Source of the DNA: Octopus sinensis
Lineage: Eukaryota
NCBI RefSeq assembly: GCF_006345805.1
Contig: NC_043002.1
Location: 19,220,001 to 19,284,000, forward strand
Reading direction: 5' to 3'
Length of the DNA: 64,000 nt
Shown piece by piece: positions 1 to 11,039 of this stretch (position 1 is the first letter of the stretch; each line of letters begins with the position of its first letter). Under the pieces are notes generated by a model that did no database searches, had not been told where the DNA came from, and was given only the letters and a program-made list of their open reading frames with translations. A program made the translations under genes and the position numbers.

Positions 1-91
1 TGCCAAATTGGAAAGTGTTCTGTGTTTGCAAACACACTGTCAAGTGCATATTGTTGCATCAATTACTTACGTATTTCGTTATATAAGCATA

Positions 92-390
92 CGAAGGAGT
101 ACCCAAAAGTAACCGGAAACGTTCTCTGTGGAACGAACTCGTTGTAGTTCAGGCTTCTGCCGCTAGAAGCCATTTGATGCGATTATCAGACATCAGTAAG
201 TCGACCGGTTTCGTCGTGTGTAGTCCTAGTGCCGCGTGGTTCGTCTTTGCTTTGCTGTGCTTCTTTCCGGTTCATCGATTTTAGCGATGGCTGAAACGAA
301 GGAACAACATGCTTCCATGAAATTCCGTTTCCTACTGGGGAAAACAGCAGCCAAAACAGTTGTCATGCTTCTAACAGCTTACAAGACTCC
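92..390 (+). mobile_element. Mariner 5' remnant (TIR-like end plus transposase N-terminus)
   Basis: TA|CGAAGGAGTACCCAAAAGTAACC resembles a mariner TIR. ATG at 287 reads MAETKEQHASMKFRFLLGKTAAKTVVMLLTAY, matching the mariner HTH start (EQRxxIKFxFxLGKTAAET). Confidence 0.65.
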
Positions 391-519
391 TACACTTTTA
401 ATTTCACGATGACAGTCAGTTCAACCAAAAAAGTTGTGTTATCTGCAAAGAAATCAAGACAAGTTAAGCACAGAAGACTTTGTTTACCTTCGAAAAGCTG
501 TCACTTATGACGATGAACC

Positions 520-1360
520 AAGACATATGTTGGCCAGCCAGTCACACTGCCATATATATATTCACAGCAGGAAGGCGATGAGCTGGCAGAAACGTTAGCA
601 CGCCGGGCGAAATGCTTTGCGGTATTTCGTCTGCCGTTACGTTCTGAGTTCAAATTCCGCCGAGGTCGACTTTGCCTTTCATCCTTTCGGGGTCGATTAA
701 ATAAGTACCAGTTACGCACTGGGGTCGATGTAATCGACTTAATCCGTTTGTCTGTCCTTGTTTGTCCTCTCTGTGTTTAGCCCCTTGTGAGTAGTAAAGA
801 AATAGAAATAGGTATTCGTCTGCCCCTACGTTCTAAGTTCAAATTCCACCTAGGTCAACTTTGCCTTTCATCCTTTTGGGGTCGATTAAATAAGTACCAG
901 TTTTTCACTGGGGTCGATATAATCGATTTAATCCGTTTGTCTGTCCTTGTTTGTCCTCTCTGTGTTAAACCCCTTGCAGGCAGTAAAGAAATAGGTATTT
1001 CGTTTGCCGTTACGTTCTGAGTTCAAATTCCGCCGAGGTCGACTTTGCCTTTCATCCTTCGGGATCGATAAATTAAGTACCAGTTGCGTACTGGGGTCGA
1101 TCTAATCGACTGGTCCCCCACCCTCAAAATTTCGGGCCTTGTGCCTTGAGTAGAAAAGAATATTCACAGGAGGACAGTGAGATATATATGAACGAACTCA
1201 AGATGCAATGACTTATGTCAGAAAATTTGGCCGGTTTGATCCCTTCATTACGTTCATTACATGTAATGTGAAATGGGTAGGAACATTCAATGAACTCTTT
1301 CGACATTATTTGCTAAGACGCAATTTCTTGTTGCAACAAAGAAATGGCGTCTGGAAATTT
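520..1360 (+). mobile_element. Helitron Rep fragment interrupted by a SINE multimer
   Basis: Pieces read GQPVTLP..FTGG / ERTQDAMTYVRKFGRFDPFITFITCNVKW, the Helitron Rep motif (LPSSFTGGPRYM...QDAMxxVRxxGxPDLFITFTCN). The SINE at 573-1159 splits it. Confidence 0.7.
573..1159 (+). mobile_element. tRNA-derived SINE family A, trimeric copy
   Basis: A/B-box head (GAGCTGGCAGAAACG...GAGTTCAAATTCC) and central GCCTTTCATCCTTTCGGGGTCGATAAA domain. The body is repeated at 621, 811 and 994. 15-bp TSD ATATTCACAG(C/G)AGGA at 558-572 and 1160-1174. Confidence 0.9.
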
Positions 1361-1714
1361 CCCTTGTCAAGGTGTCAAACCATTGTACTGCCTTAGAATA
1401 TTTTCGATAATTTGGAGCAACGGACATGATCTCTCCATACACACACACACACACACACACATATGTAGTGAGGGCGCATGGTTAGGGTATTGCACTCTCG
1501 ATCCAAACTAGTGGTGCGTTGTGTTCTTGCTCTGTGATCACTTCGACAACTGACCTGTGGTACATAGTGCACCTGATCAGACAGCATCGATTTGATGGAG
1601 AGAGTGCTCTAATGTGCGGTACGAACATTCGATCACTATAAACAAATCATTTGTACAGGTCGTTCGGCAAAAGCTGAACGCTAATACGTCGACTTCGATG
1701 GAAGAGTCCATCTG

Positions 1715-1716
<2 letters not shown>

Positions 1717-1759
<43 letters not shown>

Positions 1760-1930
1760 TGTGTGTGTGTGTGTGTATACATACGAAGGGCGTCTTTCAA
1801 TTTCTGTCTACGAAATGCACTCATAAGCCTTTGGCTATAGTGAAAAACACTTGCCCAAGGTGCCACGTAGTAGAACCGAACCTGGAACTATGTGGTTAGA
1901 AAGCAAGCTTCTTACCACACACCTACGCCC
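1717..1930 (-). mobile_element. SINE family B partial copy with (GT)n tract
   Basis: Degenerate reverse match to the head of the copy at 7088 (CACTTGCCCAAGGTGCCACG...CTTACCACAC) next to (GT)n. Confidence 0.75.
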
Positions 1931-2221
1931 GTGTCTAGAGTCTGCATTTTCTCTCTTATTGAGTTTTGTCAGTCTTTGTCAATGTCAAGTTTGTTTTAAG
2001 GGCTTATTTCTATTTGTTCTTTACTTCCAACAAGCTCAAATTGTTGCATGAATTGGCCATGTAATTCCTGCTCTTTCCAACTATTTGCTTTATCATTCTT
2101 CATATTTTTATTCTACCACGTGGTCAATTCTAATAATGGTGATGTAATTATTTTGTTGCATTTTTTTTATCTATTTCTTCTCACTTTTGTGCTATTTTGC
2201 TAGAGCAAGATTTCAACCATT

Positions 2222-2335
2222 ATTCTTACTCCTGCTACTTCTGCTCCTCCTCCTCCTACTACTACTACTACTACTAATAATAATAATAATACAACTACTA
2301 CTACTACTACTACTGCTACTACTACTACAACAACA

Positions 2336-2370
<35 letters not shown>

Positions 2371-2410
2371 CGCTGCTGCTGCTGCTACTACTACTACTAC
2401 TACTACTACA
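2222..2410. repeat. (CTA/CAA/CTG)n trinucleotide microsatellite
   Basis: Directly visible; it produces the spurious poly-L and poly-S ORFs. Confidence 0.95.
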
Positions 2411-3071
2411 TAAGCATGTTGACTCCACCTCCCTTCCTCTCATTCTTTCTTTCTTTCTTTCTCTTTTTCACTCCATCTCTCTACTTCCCACTCGCTCTTC
2501 GCTATCAATTTCTTCTACCTGATCTTTTAATATTTATTTCAGTAGCACTCGACGTTGAATCTTGGAGGAGTCGTCTATACATTTGCTAACCCATATTTTA
2601 CAAAAGTTAAGACTTTCTGTCAATTATGCTTTCTTCCACTCCTTTTTTCTTTCTTTTTTTTTTTTTTTTTTGCCAACCACAACCAAAAAACTTTTTTTTT
2701 TCTATCTGTTACGTGGTTACTTCTATCGATGATGACGATGGTGTTGTTACTTTGCACATTCCTTACATCAATAGCTCTTGAAATAAGCCTATACACCCAT
2801 AATCTATTTTTTCTATCTTCGATCGCATTGTTTACGTAGCCGTATTCGTAAACGAAACGTCGAAATTTTCAGCTCTGGCTCTGAACTCTATAGAAAACCT
2901 GTAGAGATAAACTTTAAAGAATTGTGATGTTGATGTGTTTTTGTCTATTTCTTCTCTTTTTTATGCTATTTTGCTAGAGCAACAGGCTTCCTCACCTCTT
3001 CTAAACAACAACAGCTATTACCGAGTCGAAACAACAAGTATTTGTATTACTTCTGTTATCGTTATTATTAT

Positions 3072-3630
3072 TGAGTGAGAGAGCAGCACACACCATCAAA
3101 GTGATGCTGAGATACAAATATACGAAGACCAGTAAACCCATCATGACTACCTGTTTGATAAGGGTAGACTAGGCACATGCCTCACAACCATATTTGCACG
3201 AAATGGTGATATCGTATCAAGGTAAATAGCGCATGATCTTGCAGGTGGGACCCAGTTAGAATTTTCTTCAGGCCGAGTAACCCATCCTGCTCAAAAGGTC
3301 CCCGAATAAGGGTTATTTAAGGATGGTGAACGAAACACCTATGTTTCCAGAGGTGAAATATTCAAACCCCCAAAGAATTCCTTTCAATACATGGCTATGA
3401 TGCTCCCCCAGTACTTCTGCCCATGATCAGAGATGCATATATCGTCTGGCTTTAAGTGACATGCTCAACTAGTTAAGGTCAATCAACTGACAATTAAATC
3501 TGTGGTACTGAGCAGGACATTCGCTGTAGCCCATCTTTTACACCAAGACAAAACATAAACATGTTAACACTACCAATCAGTTAATATCAGAAGCCACGAG
3601 AGCCATTGCCTGGCACTGCACCAGGGCATT
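3072..3630 (-). mobile_element. Non-coding ~550-bp interspersed repeat embedded in (ATT)n, copy 1
   Basis: Homologous to 4397-4896 and 10415-10700. Flanked by ATT repeats; no conserved ORF seen. Strand is inferred. Confidence 0.8.
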
Positions 3631-3639
3631 TATCGTTAT

Positions 3640-4326
3640 TATTATTATTTAAGACGTCACACAGTATCCAATATTGTGATGTTGGTTGAAGATATTGTCT
3701 ACCAGGGTCTGTCTGTCAAGTCACAACAAGGACCTCAGGCAGACAGTACTTTACGCAATATTCGTGCAGTTCCAAGTAAAACCGATTTATGCAATACACC
3801 TAGAATGTAGGGTGTTTCTAAAGGTTCCAGATGTTTCTTTAGGTTGGTTGGTATTGAACTCAATGCTCCGATACAACAGGGACAACCTTTATGTTTGACT
3901 CTCGTAGTTGCCACATCTTGGCGATCTCAATTCTCAGGTCACCATATTTATCAATCTTTTCTCTTTCTTTCATGATGATTTTTTGATCTGGCCCTGCCAG
4001 TCGATTATTAGGCGCTCTTGTTTCTCCTTCCTCAAGGTTACTATATCTGGACTTCGGTGCCTCAGAGGATTTTTGCCTTCCCCTTTTTGTCCATTACATT
4101 TTCCGGTGTATGGTGATACCAAGCACGTGTTACCTCGAATCCATACTTCTTGTATAGTAGCCAATAAAGGTTATTATTATTATTATTATTATTATCATTA
4201 TTGCCTTTGCACAGCTTCCAAAGCTGTTCACTACCGGTGAACTAAAGTAAACCTTTTATTTTTCGAGCACCTTCCGGAGTATTCGAGCGGTTCCAAGCAG
4301 TGCTGTTTTCTGCAAGTGCTCCACCC

Positions 4327-4330
<4 letters not shown>
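3640..4330 (-). mobile_element. R4/Dong-clade LINE 3' fragments
   Basis: Minus strand gives LHKSVLLGTARILRKVL (~3745-3795) and RVEHLQKTALLGTARILRKVLEK* (~4260-4330), the conserved R4/Dong C-terminus, abutting (TAA)n. Confidence 0.8.
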
Positions 4331-4381
<51 letters not shown>

Positions 4382-4396
4382 TATTATTATTATTCA

Positions 4397-4896
4397 GTGA
4401 GTGAGAGAGCAGTGCATGCCATCAAAGTGGCATTGGGATAAAATATACGAAACCCAGTATACTCGTCATGACTGCCCATCCGATAAGGGTATACTAGGCA
4501 CATGCATCGCAGCCATATGTGCAGGTGGGGCCCAGTTAGAATTTTCTTCAGGTCGAGTAGCAATCCCACTCGAATGGTCCTTCAATAAGGTTTGTTTAAC
4601 GATGTTGAATGAAACACCTATGTTTCCAGAGGCGAAATATTGAAACCCCCAAATTTCTTCTCAACACATGGCTATGATGTTCCCCCACTACTTATGCTCG
4701 TGATCAGAGATGCACATATCGTCAGCCAGCAAGGAACATGCTCAACTGGTTACGGTCAAACAACTGACAAGCAAATCTGTGGTATTGAGTAGAATATTTG
4801 CCGTAAACTATCTTTTATACCAAGACAAAACAATGTACATGATAACACTTCCAATCAATTAAGATAGAAGCCATGAGAGCTACTACATCAGGGCAT
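4397..4896 (-). mobile_element. Non-coding interspersed repeat in (ATT)n, copy 2
   Basis: Aligns to 3072-3630 with an internal deletion; ATT tracts on both sides. Confidence 0.8.
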
Positions 4897-4924
4897 TATT
4901 ATTATTATAATTATCATCATCATA

Positions 4925-5180
4925 AAATCAAAACTGCCGACAAGTGGTACAATCACCACCCTGAGTCTGTAACTGAGGAAGAAAATCTAACCAGTATATA
5001 CAAACTGAACTATCAAAGCTAATAAATCGGATATTGTTGTGAAAGACCAAAACAATAAAGTTTATTTATTGATCGACATGACTATTCCCTGTGATCATAA
5101 TATCTCAGAAAAGAATTTGACAAGCTTAGAAAATATAAAGATTTGCTCATTGAACTGAAAAAATGTGGCATCTCAAGGAA
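4925..5180 (+). mobile_element. R4/Dong restriction-like endonuclease fragment
   Basis: Frameshifted reading KTADKWYNHHPESV...IKANKSDIVVKDQNNKVYLLIDMTIPCDHN...KYKDLLIEL, a PD-(D/E)xK-type RLE region. Confidence 0.75.
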
Positions 5181-5367
5181 ATGAAAATTATTGGTGTCAG
5201 TTGACTGCATCCAGAGATTATGTTAATGCCTTGTAGGCACATGGTATTTCGTTATGCAGCTATAATATGCTACAAAGTATATTAAACGTTTTTTATAACT
5301 CAATATCATGTACTACTGTGTTAGCAGCGCACTTTAAACATGTGATAAGGTCCTCTCTACAGATTTC

Positions 5368-5760
5368 CTATAGAAATTGTAACCAGCACTGATTTTGTTA
5401 CGTTTCGTATCCGAGACATCAGATGTGAACAAACAATGAGATCGAAGTTTAAAAAACGGGTAATGCCATATTTCGGGAGATTTGTCATTAATATTTACGG
5501 ACCAGCTTCTAGGATTGTGCGTAATATGTAAATTGATATATCCAGTTACGTTATACCACTATATGTAGTGGCAATTTAAGTAATGAATTTGAGGATGATC
5601 TATGGGTTAGATGGGTGCTGATGAAGGAGCAAAAACTCCCGAAGTATGGCATATACGCTCGGTACGCGTTTTTTCATTTTCGATCTCATTATTTGTTTAC
5701 ATCTGATGTCTTGGATATGAAACGTCGTAACAAAATCAGAGCTGGCTATAATTTCTATAG
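5368..5760. repeat. Inverted repeat (~110-bp arms), probable Penelope-end foldback
   Basis: 5368-5479 is the imperfect reverse complement of 5636-5760. The arms contain a CTGATGT...GAAAC motif. Confidence 0.75.
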
Positions 5761-6098
5761 AGACGTCCTTATCACCAGAGATTATGTAGTCGATTGTCTC
5801 TGAGTGTTCTCCGCATACTCGACAAGATGGACTGTTTTCATATTTCAGAACATTATAATGATAATTCCTAGTTGAAGTTTCAGGCTTGAGATCAAATACA
5901 TTTTTTTTCAGGTACTGGTTCATCTAGCTGCATTTCTCAGTATATTACTAACTCCATTGTCCTTTACTTAGTGTAGTTTTTGTAGCTTCATGTTTCAGAA
6001 CCAGCTTTAATATCCAGTCGTTCGTTTGTTGCGGGTAAGTAAAGGTGCGATGACTGCAATTTTCACTGAAAGCTCAAACTGCATTAACCCCTTTCATT

Positions 6099-6529
6099 TG
6101 TAACAGGATCAGTTTCGGTATCACTGGAGGGGTGTCCGATCTGATCCCGTCACATTCAATTTTAGTTAAAATAACAGACAAGTCAGGCGATCTACGAACA
6201 CAGCAAAATGTTGTTTATTTCTCGTCGTAATGTAGAACTGGTGTGCGTGTTCTCTGGAGGGAAACCGACAGCCGAATCTGTAGTACTGATTCTTGTTTGT
6301 TAGTCGAAATGATTCGTCGTGGTTCGCTGCTTGGTTGGTATGAAGTCCTCAGAGACTGCCAGTACACGTCCGTTCACGAGTGCTGCTAGGGCCAGAAAGA
6401 CTGAATGAGCGATCCGCGTTTTCGGGGTCAGTTTCCCGCACATGCGCATGGGAAAGACTTCCGGTGGCCAACCGGAAGTAATCCCATTCTGCGCATGTGC
6501 GCTGAACCTTACACAGCAGCATCACTACA
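6099..6529 (-). mobile_element. Solo LTR (Gypsy-like)
   Basis: TG...CA termini (TGTAAC...ACTACA) with a 4-bp TSD CATT (6095-6098 and 6530-6533). Minus-strand AATAAA near 6215-6220. Removing it rejoins the R4 segment LYLPR with the following GLMQ segment. Confidence 0.8.
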
Positions 6530-7087
6530 CATTTCTCGGGAGGTATAATTGATCTACGTCTGCTTTTGGATCAGGCACACGATACATTTTCATCACCTTT
6601 TGGATTTTGACATGAACTTTGTTATCTCCCTATGGACCAGTCAATAACATTGAAGCTGTATCTGATTATAGGCATGACTGAAGTTTTTCTGGCCTTTTTC
6701 TGGCATTCAGCTTAGTTTTCAGAATAGCTCTTATCTTTTCTCTTATTAGCGAGAGCTTAATTCCTTTACAAACACCTCAGGTCCCAATTCTTATATTTTG
6801 TTATCTTATCTAGGGTGATGTTGCATGGGTTTGATAGTTTTCCTTTGGTGCATTTGTCAGGCCCAGGTTCTATTTTGGAGTCATCTCTAAATTGATTGAC
6901 TGGGAGAAGGAGCACTCGCAGTTCTTGATCATTTTTCGCCAAAAGTAGAGATAATGGTACATGATTTTTTTCAAACACTTTAATCTATAATTTGTTTCGT
7001 TCAGGAGTTTACTTAGAGGAATCAGTGCTAAACAGAATAACAAAGAAGATAATGAGTCTTCTTGGAAGATTTCACAAGATTTCACAT

Positions 7088-7560
<473 letters not shown>

Positions 7561-8292
7561 TTAATATTGACTACTCCAGAGTTTATAGTGGTAATGTCTG
7601 TATTAAAAATTAATTTCATTTTCCAGAGTTTCATGACATGAGATAAAAGTTTTTTAATTATTTGTGAAAATTCTGAAAGTTTCAAGTTATTCTTCTATTC
7701 TGCTGAGTAAAAAGGTCTTTTTTTCCAGTTCCTTAATGACAGATGTAAAATCTTGTATATTGTTGTAAGGCACGTTATGGATGTGTAATTCTTAGGGATT
7801 TTCTTTCGTCACTTTTTGGGATAAGAAATGTAATACCATCGAGGTTCTTTCGTAATTAAGTTTTAAGACTAAGCTAACGTTTTGTGCGAATTTTTAAAGG
7901 CATTAAACCAATTTAGAGGGATCTCATCTTTATCAGATGATATCTATTTACTGGGCTTTTTCAATGTAAATCTGACATCTACACTGTTTTTCTCATACGT
8001 CATCTATAAGTTCAGTGTCTTGATTTTTCTGTTAATATATGGAACATCGCTATATCCTCCTTCTCATCTATCCAGACTAATCTACCCTGACTTTACTCTT
8101 AAACTCAAGTATTTATTGCTCTATTTTTATTGTGCTCTTTCAAATATATTGAATTTCTTCGGATTATTTTTGCGCATGGTGTTATCCATTGTTTGAAGAG
8201 ATGTGTGCATGCAGCTATGGCCAGCACTACTTGTTTTATCTTTTTCATTGATTCAGAGAATTAGTGTTCAGACATTAATTCATATTTTTTAG

Positions 8293-8385
8293 TATTGGGG
8301 TCGACGTAATCGACAATCCACTCCACCAAATTTTAGGCCTTCTTTCTGATGAGCATGTTTACTTATATTGGAAAAATTCAATCAC
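8293..8385 (+). pseudogene. Deleted paralogous remnant of the last exon region of the Cys-rich gene
   Basis: GAGCATGTTTACTTATATTGGAAAAATTCAA matches 38939-38969, and the preceding SINE end plus TCTGATGA matches 38800-38885. The acceptor segment is missing. Confidence 0.6.
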
Positions 8386-8479
8386 GATAAAATAATACCA
8401 CTCGAGTACTGAGATCAATGTAATCGACTAAACCACCCCTCCTTTCAAAAACTGATGGCCCTGTGCCGAAATTTGAAAC

Positions 8480-8595
8480 CATACTTATCAGTCCTCTCCC
8501 TCCATTTGCTCTCTCCATGTATAGGAGATCAGTGTCTGCACGTGGATGATGGGCTCCATGCATCATCAAGAACTTTCCTGTCTTCCTGTCACCAT
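8480..8595 (-). mobile_element. R4/Dong fragment
   Basis: MHGAHHPRADTDLLYMERANGGRGLI motif. Confidence 0.75.
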
Positions 8596-8984
8596 GGGGG
8601 AAGCACTTCGTCGGTTACGACGACGAGGGTTCCGGTTGATCCGAATCAACGGAACAGCCTGCTCGTGAAATTAACGTGTAAGTGGCTGAGCACTCCACAG
8701 ACATGTGTACCCTTAACGTAGTTTTCGGGGATATTCAGCGTGACACAGAGAGTGACAAGGCCGGCCCTTTGAAATACAGGTACAACAGAAACAGGAAGTA
8801 AGAGTGAGAGAAAGTTGTGGTGAAAGAGTACGGCTGGGATCCCCACCATCCCCTGCCGGAGCCTCGTGGAGCTTTAGGTGTTTTCGCTCAATAAACTCTC
8901 ACAACGCCCGGTCTGGGAATCGAAACCGCGATCCTACGACTGCGAGTCCTCTGCCCTAACCACTGGGCTATTGCGCCTCCACAA
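8596..8984 (-). mobile_element. tRNA-derived SINE family C, full copy
   Basis: Head GTGGAGGCGCAATAGCCCAGTGGTTAGG...GGTTTCGATTCCC. 11-bp TSD CCTGTCACCAT (8585-8595 and 8985-8995). Confidence 0.92.
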
Positions 8985-9607
8985 CCTGTCACCATACCGA
9001 ACTACTGAAATTAAACACGAGTTCATTGCCGAAATTATGTTTCAGCATTCAGCTTTGAAACCAATATTTCCTCACTTGCCGCAGGTTTCCTTTTTTTGTC
9101 TTTTCTTTCACATCGCTGGGTTTAATTCCATCTGTCTCAAGTATTATTATTATTATTATTATTGTTGTTGTCGTTGTTGTTGTTGTTTAGTACACCGGCA
9201 TGAAAAAAATCGACCTTCTTTCTTTCTTTTTTTTTTTTGAAAATTTTTTCAGCGGATTCCTATGTTTTCGATGACGGAGATTCTGTATATGCCAAAAACC
9301 ATGTTTTCAAAATTTTCAATTCCGCTTCCTACCCCTGAATTGATTCATATACCCCTCACCACCCCATCCTGCTATCTAAAAGGGAAAAATGAACGGCTTG
9401 CAAATATGAAAGGCTACTAAACGTGAGAGAGCTCTCCTAATGTGAACATAAGTGAGGGTCCAACCATTCTTCTTGGCGGCAGTTAAGAATATGAAGACTG
9501 TGAAAGCTCCTTGTCCATCAAGAATTATTGCTAAAGTGCATAAAAGATTTGAGATATTAGGATACGGCCTAATTTTGAGGGTGGAGTGGGAGTCCGTTTC
9601 AATTCCT

Positions 9608-9812
9608 CGTAACTTTCAAGAAAATGGATATTTTTTTAATGAAATTCTCTACAAATATGGACTTGTTCAGAAACACCCGCGAGTGGGGAACGGTTCTCAG
9701 AAATAACTCCTAATTGTTTTCCTCAAAATTCCTATGTCCTCGGAATCTACATAGTCCGAGGTTTATTTGTAGAGAATTTCATTAAAAAATATCCATTTTC
9801 TTGAAAGTTATG
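9608..9812. repeat. Inverted repeat (~50-bp arms) within a probable non-autonomous DNA element
   Basis: CGTAACTTTCAAGAAAATGGATA...CTCTACAAATA versus its reverse complement at 9764-9812. Confidence 0.7.
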
Positions 9813-10414
9813 ACCATCCAAAAATCGGAGTGGGGGCGGAAATTTGTAGTTATGCCCAGTAATATACCAAAATTTCATGAAACATGTTTAATAATCGATG
9901 GGATCTTTTTATGTGGGTCAACGATTCACTTAATTTTATTTTTTTATCCAAATAACAACATCCATACTCAGACTATAGAAGGGCGATGGATATTCATCAA
10001 GAAGAAGAAAGGTGACATTGTGGAGTTACGCCTTTACTTGTTTCAGTATTTGACTGCGGCCATGCTGGAGCACCGCATTTGAAGGGCTTTAGTCGAACGA
10101 AACGACTCTTTATTTTTGAGACTAGTACTTATTCTTTTTTTTCTTTTTGCCGAACCGCAACATTAGTCAATTAAAGGGCTGGGTTCGAAATTCAACCAGA
10201 ACACATGATGAAGGCTGGAGAGTACATCAGCCAAAACGTTGTGATAACAACAAACACGTTGTGGATACCTATCTCTCCAGTGTAAACAATGTACAGCAAC
10301 AGCGGTTATAAGCGGTGACGGGGTGTCAAACACAAAGACACACACATAGCTACAGACATACATATATATTGGCCGACTTCGGAGTTAGGAAGCACCAAGT
10401 TGAAATTTCTCCGT

Positions 10415-10700
10415 TTTGAATAAGGCTTGTTTAAGGATGGTAAACGAAACACCCGTGTTTCCAGAGGTGATTTATCCAAACCCCACAGAATTCCTCTCAA
10501 CACATGGATATGATGCTCCCCTACTACTTCTGCTTATGTACATATCATCAGCCACTAAGGGACATGCTCAACTGGTTACGGTCAAACAATTGACAAACAA
10601 ATCTGTAGTATTGAACAGAATATTTGCTGTAGCTCATCTTTTATACTAGGACACAACAATGTGTATGATAACACTTCCAGACAGTCGAGATCAGAAGCCT
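10415..10700 (-). mobile_element. Non-coding (ATT)n-associated repeat, partial copy 3
   Basis: Matches ~3305-3595 and is followed by an ATT tract. Confidence 0.75.
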
Positions 10701-10789
10701 ATTATTATCATTATTATTATCACTATTATTATTATAAAGCTATACCATACTAATTTAATTGGCAAAGAAATTGTTTTGAAGTTTGGTGA

Positions 10790-11030
10790 TAACAGGCCTT
10801 CTTGAATCTCAATAATATTTCTTAGGATTCTTGCACTTTTCTGAGGATCGACAATATCTACCTCAATATCAATATCTTCCAGCCTCTTAGATAGCAGTTT
10901 GGGTGTTGTCCATGGTGTGCTAAATGTCACTTTTGCATTCCACGATCACGTCATCCCTCTGGCTGGCTTCTGATATTTCTCAGTTTTTCTGAATTTTCCT
11001 TGTATGCATTCTAGGATCATATGGTGTTGC
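10790..11030 (-). mobile_element. R4/Dong 3' fragment
   Basis: KRLEDIDIEVDIVDPQKSARILRNIIEI, a degenerate LQKxALLGTARILR terminus, next to (TAA)n. Confidence 0.6.
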
Positions 11031-11039
11031 AAAATCAAT

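Noticed and set aside
2187-2522. Poly-Leu and poly-Ser ORFs
   Set aside because: Translations of a trinucleotide microsatellite.
2165-2981. ~45-bp direct repeat TCTATTTCTTCTC...GCTATTTTGCTAGAGCAA at ~2170 and ~2944 resembling splice acceptors
   Set aside because: No convincing donor or reading frame follows; treated as a small local duplication.
3570-3630. Faint resemblance to U2 snRNA (ATCAGTTAATATC, CCTGGCACTGCA)
   Set aside because: Matches are short, and the U2 5' end, branch-pairing region and Sm site are absent.
8920-8984. tRNA-like sequences at SINE heads
   Set aside because: They continue into SINE bodies with TSDs and lack a full acceptor stem, so they are not tRNA genes.
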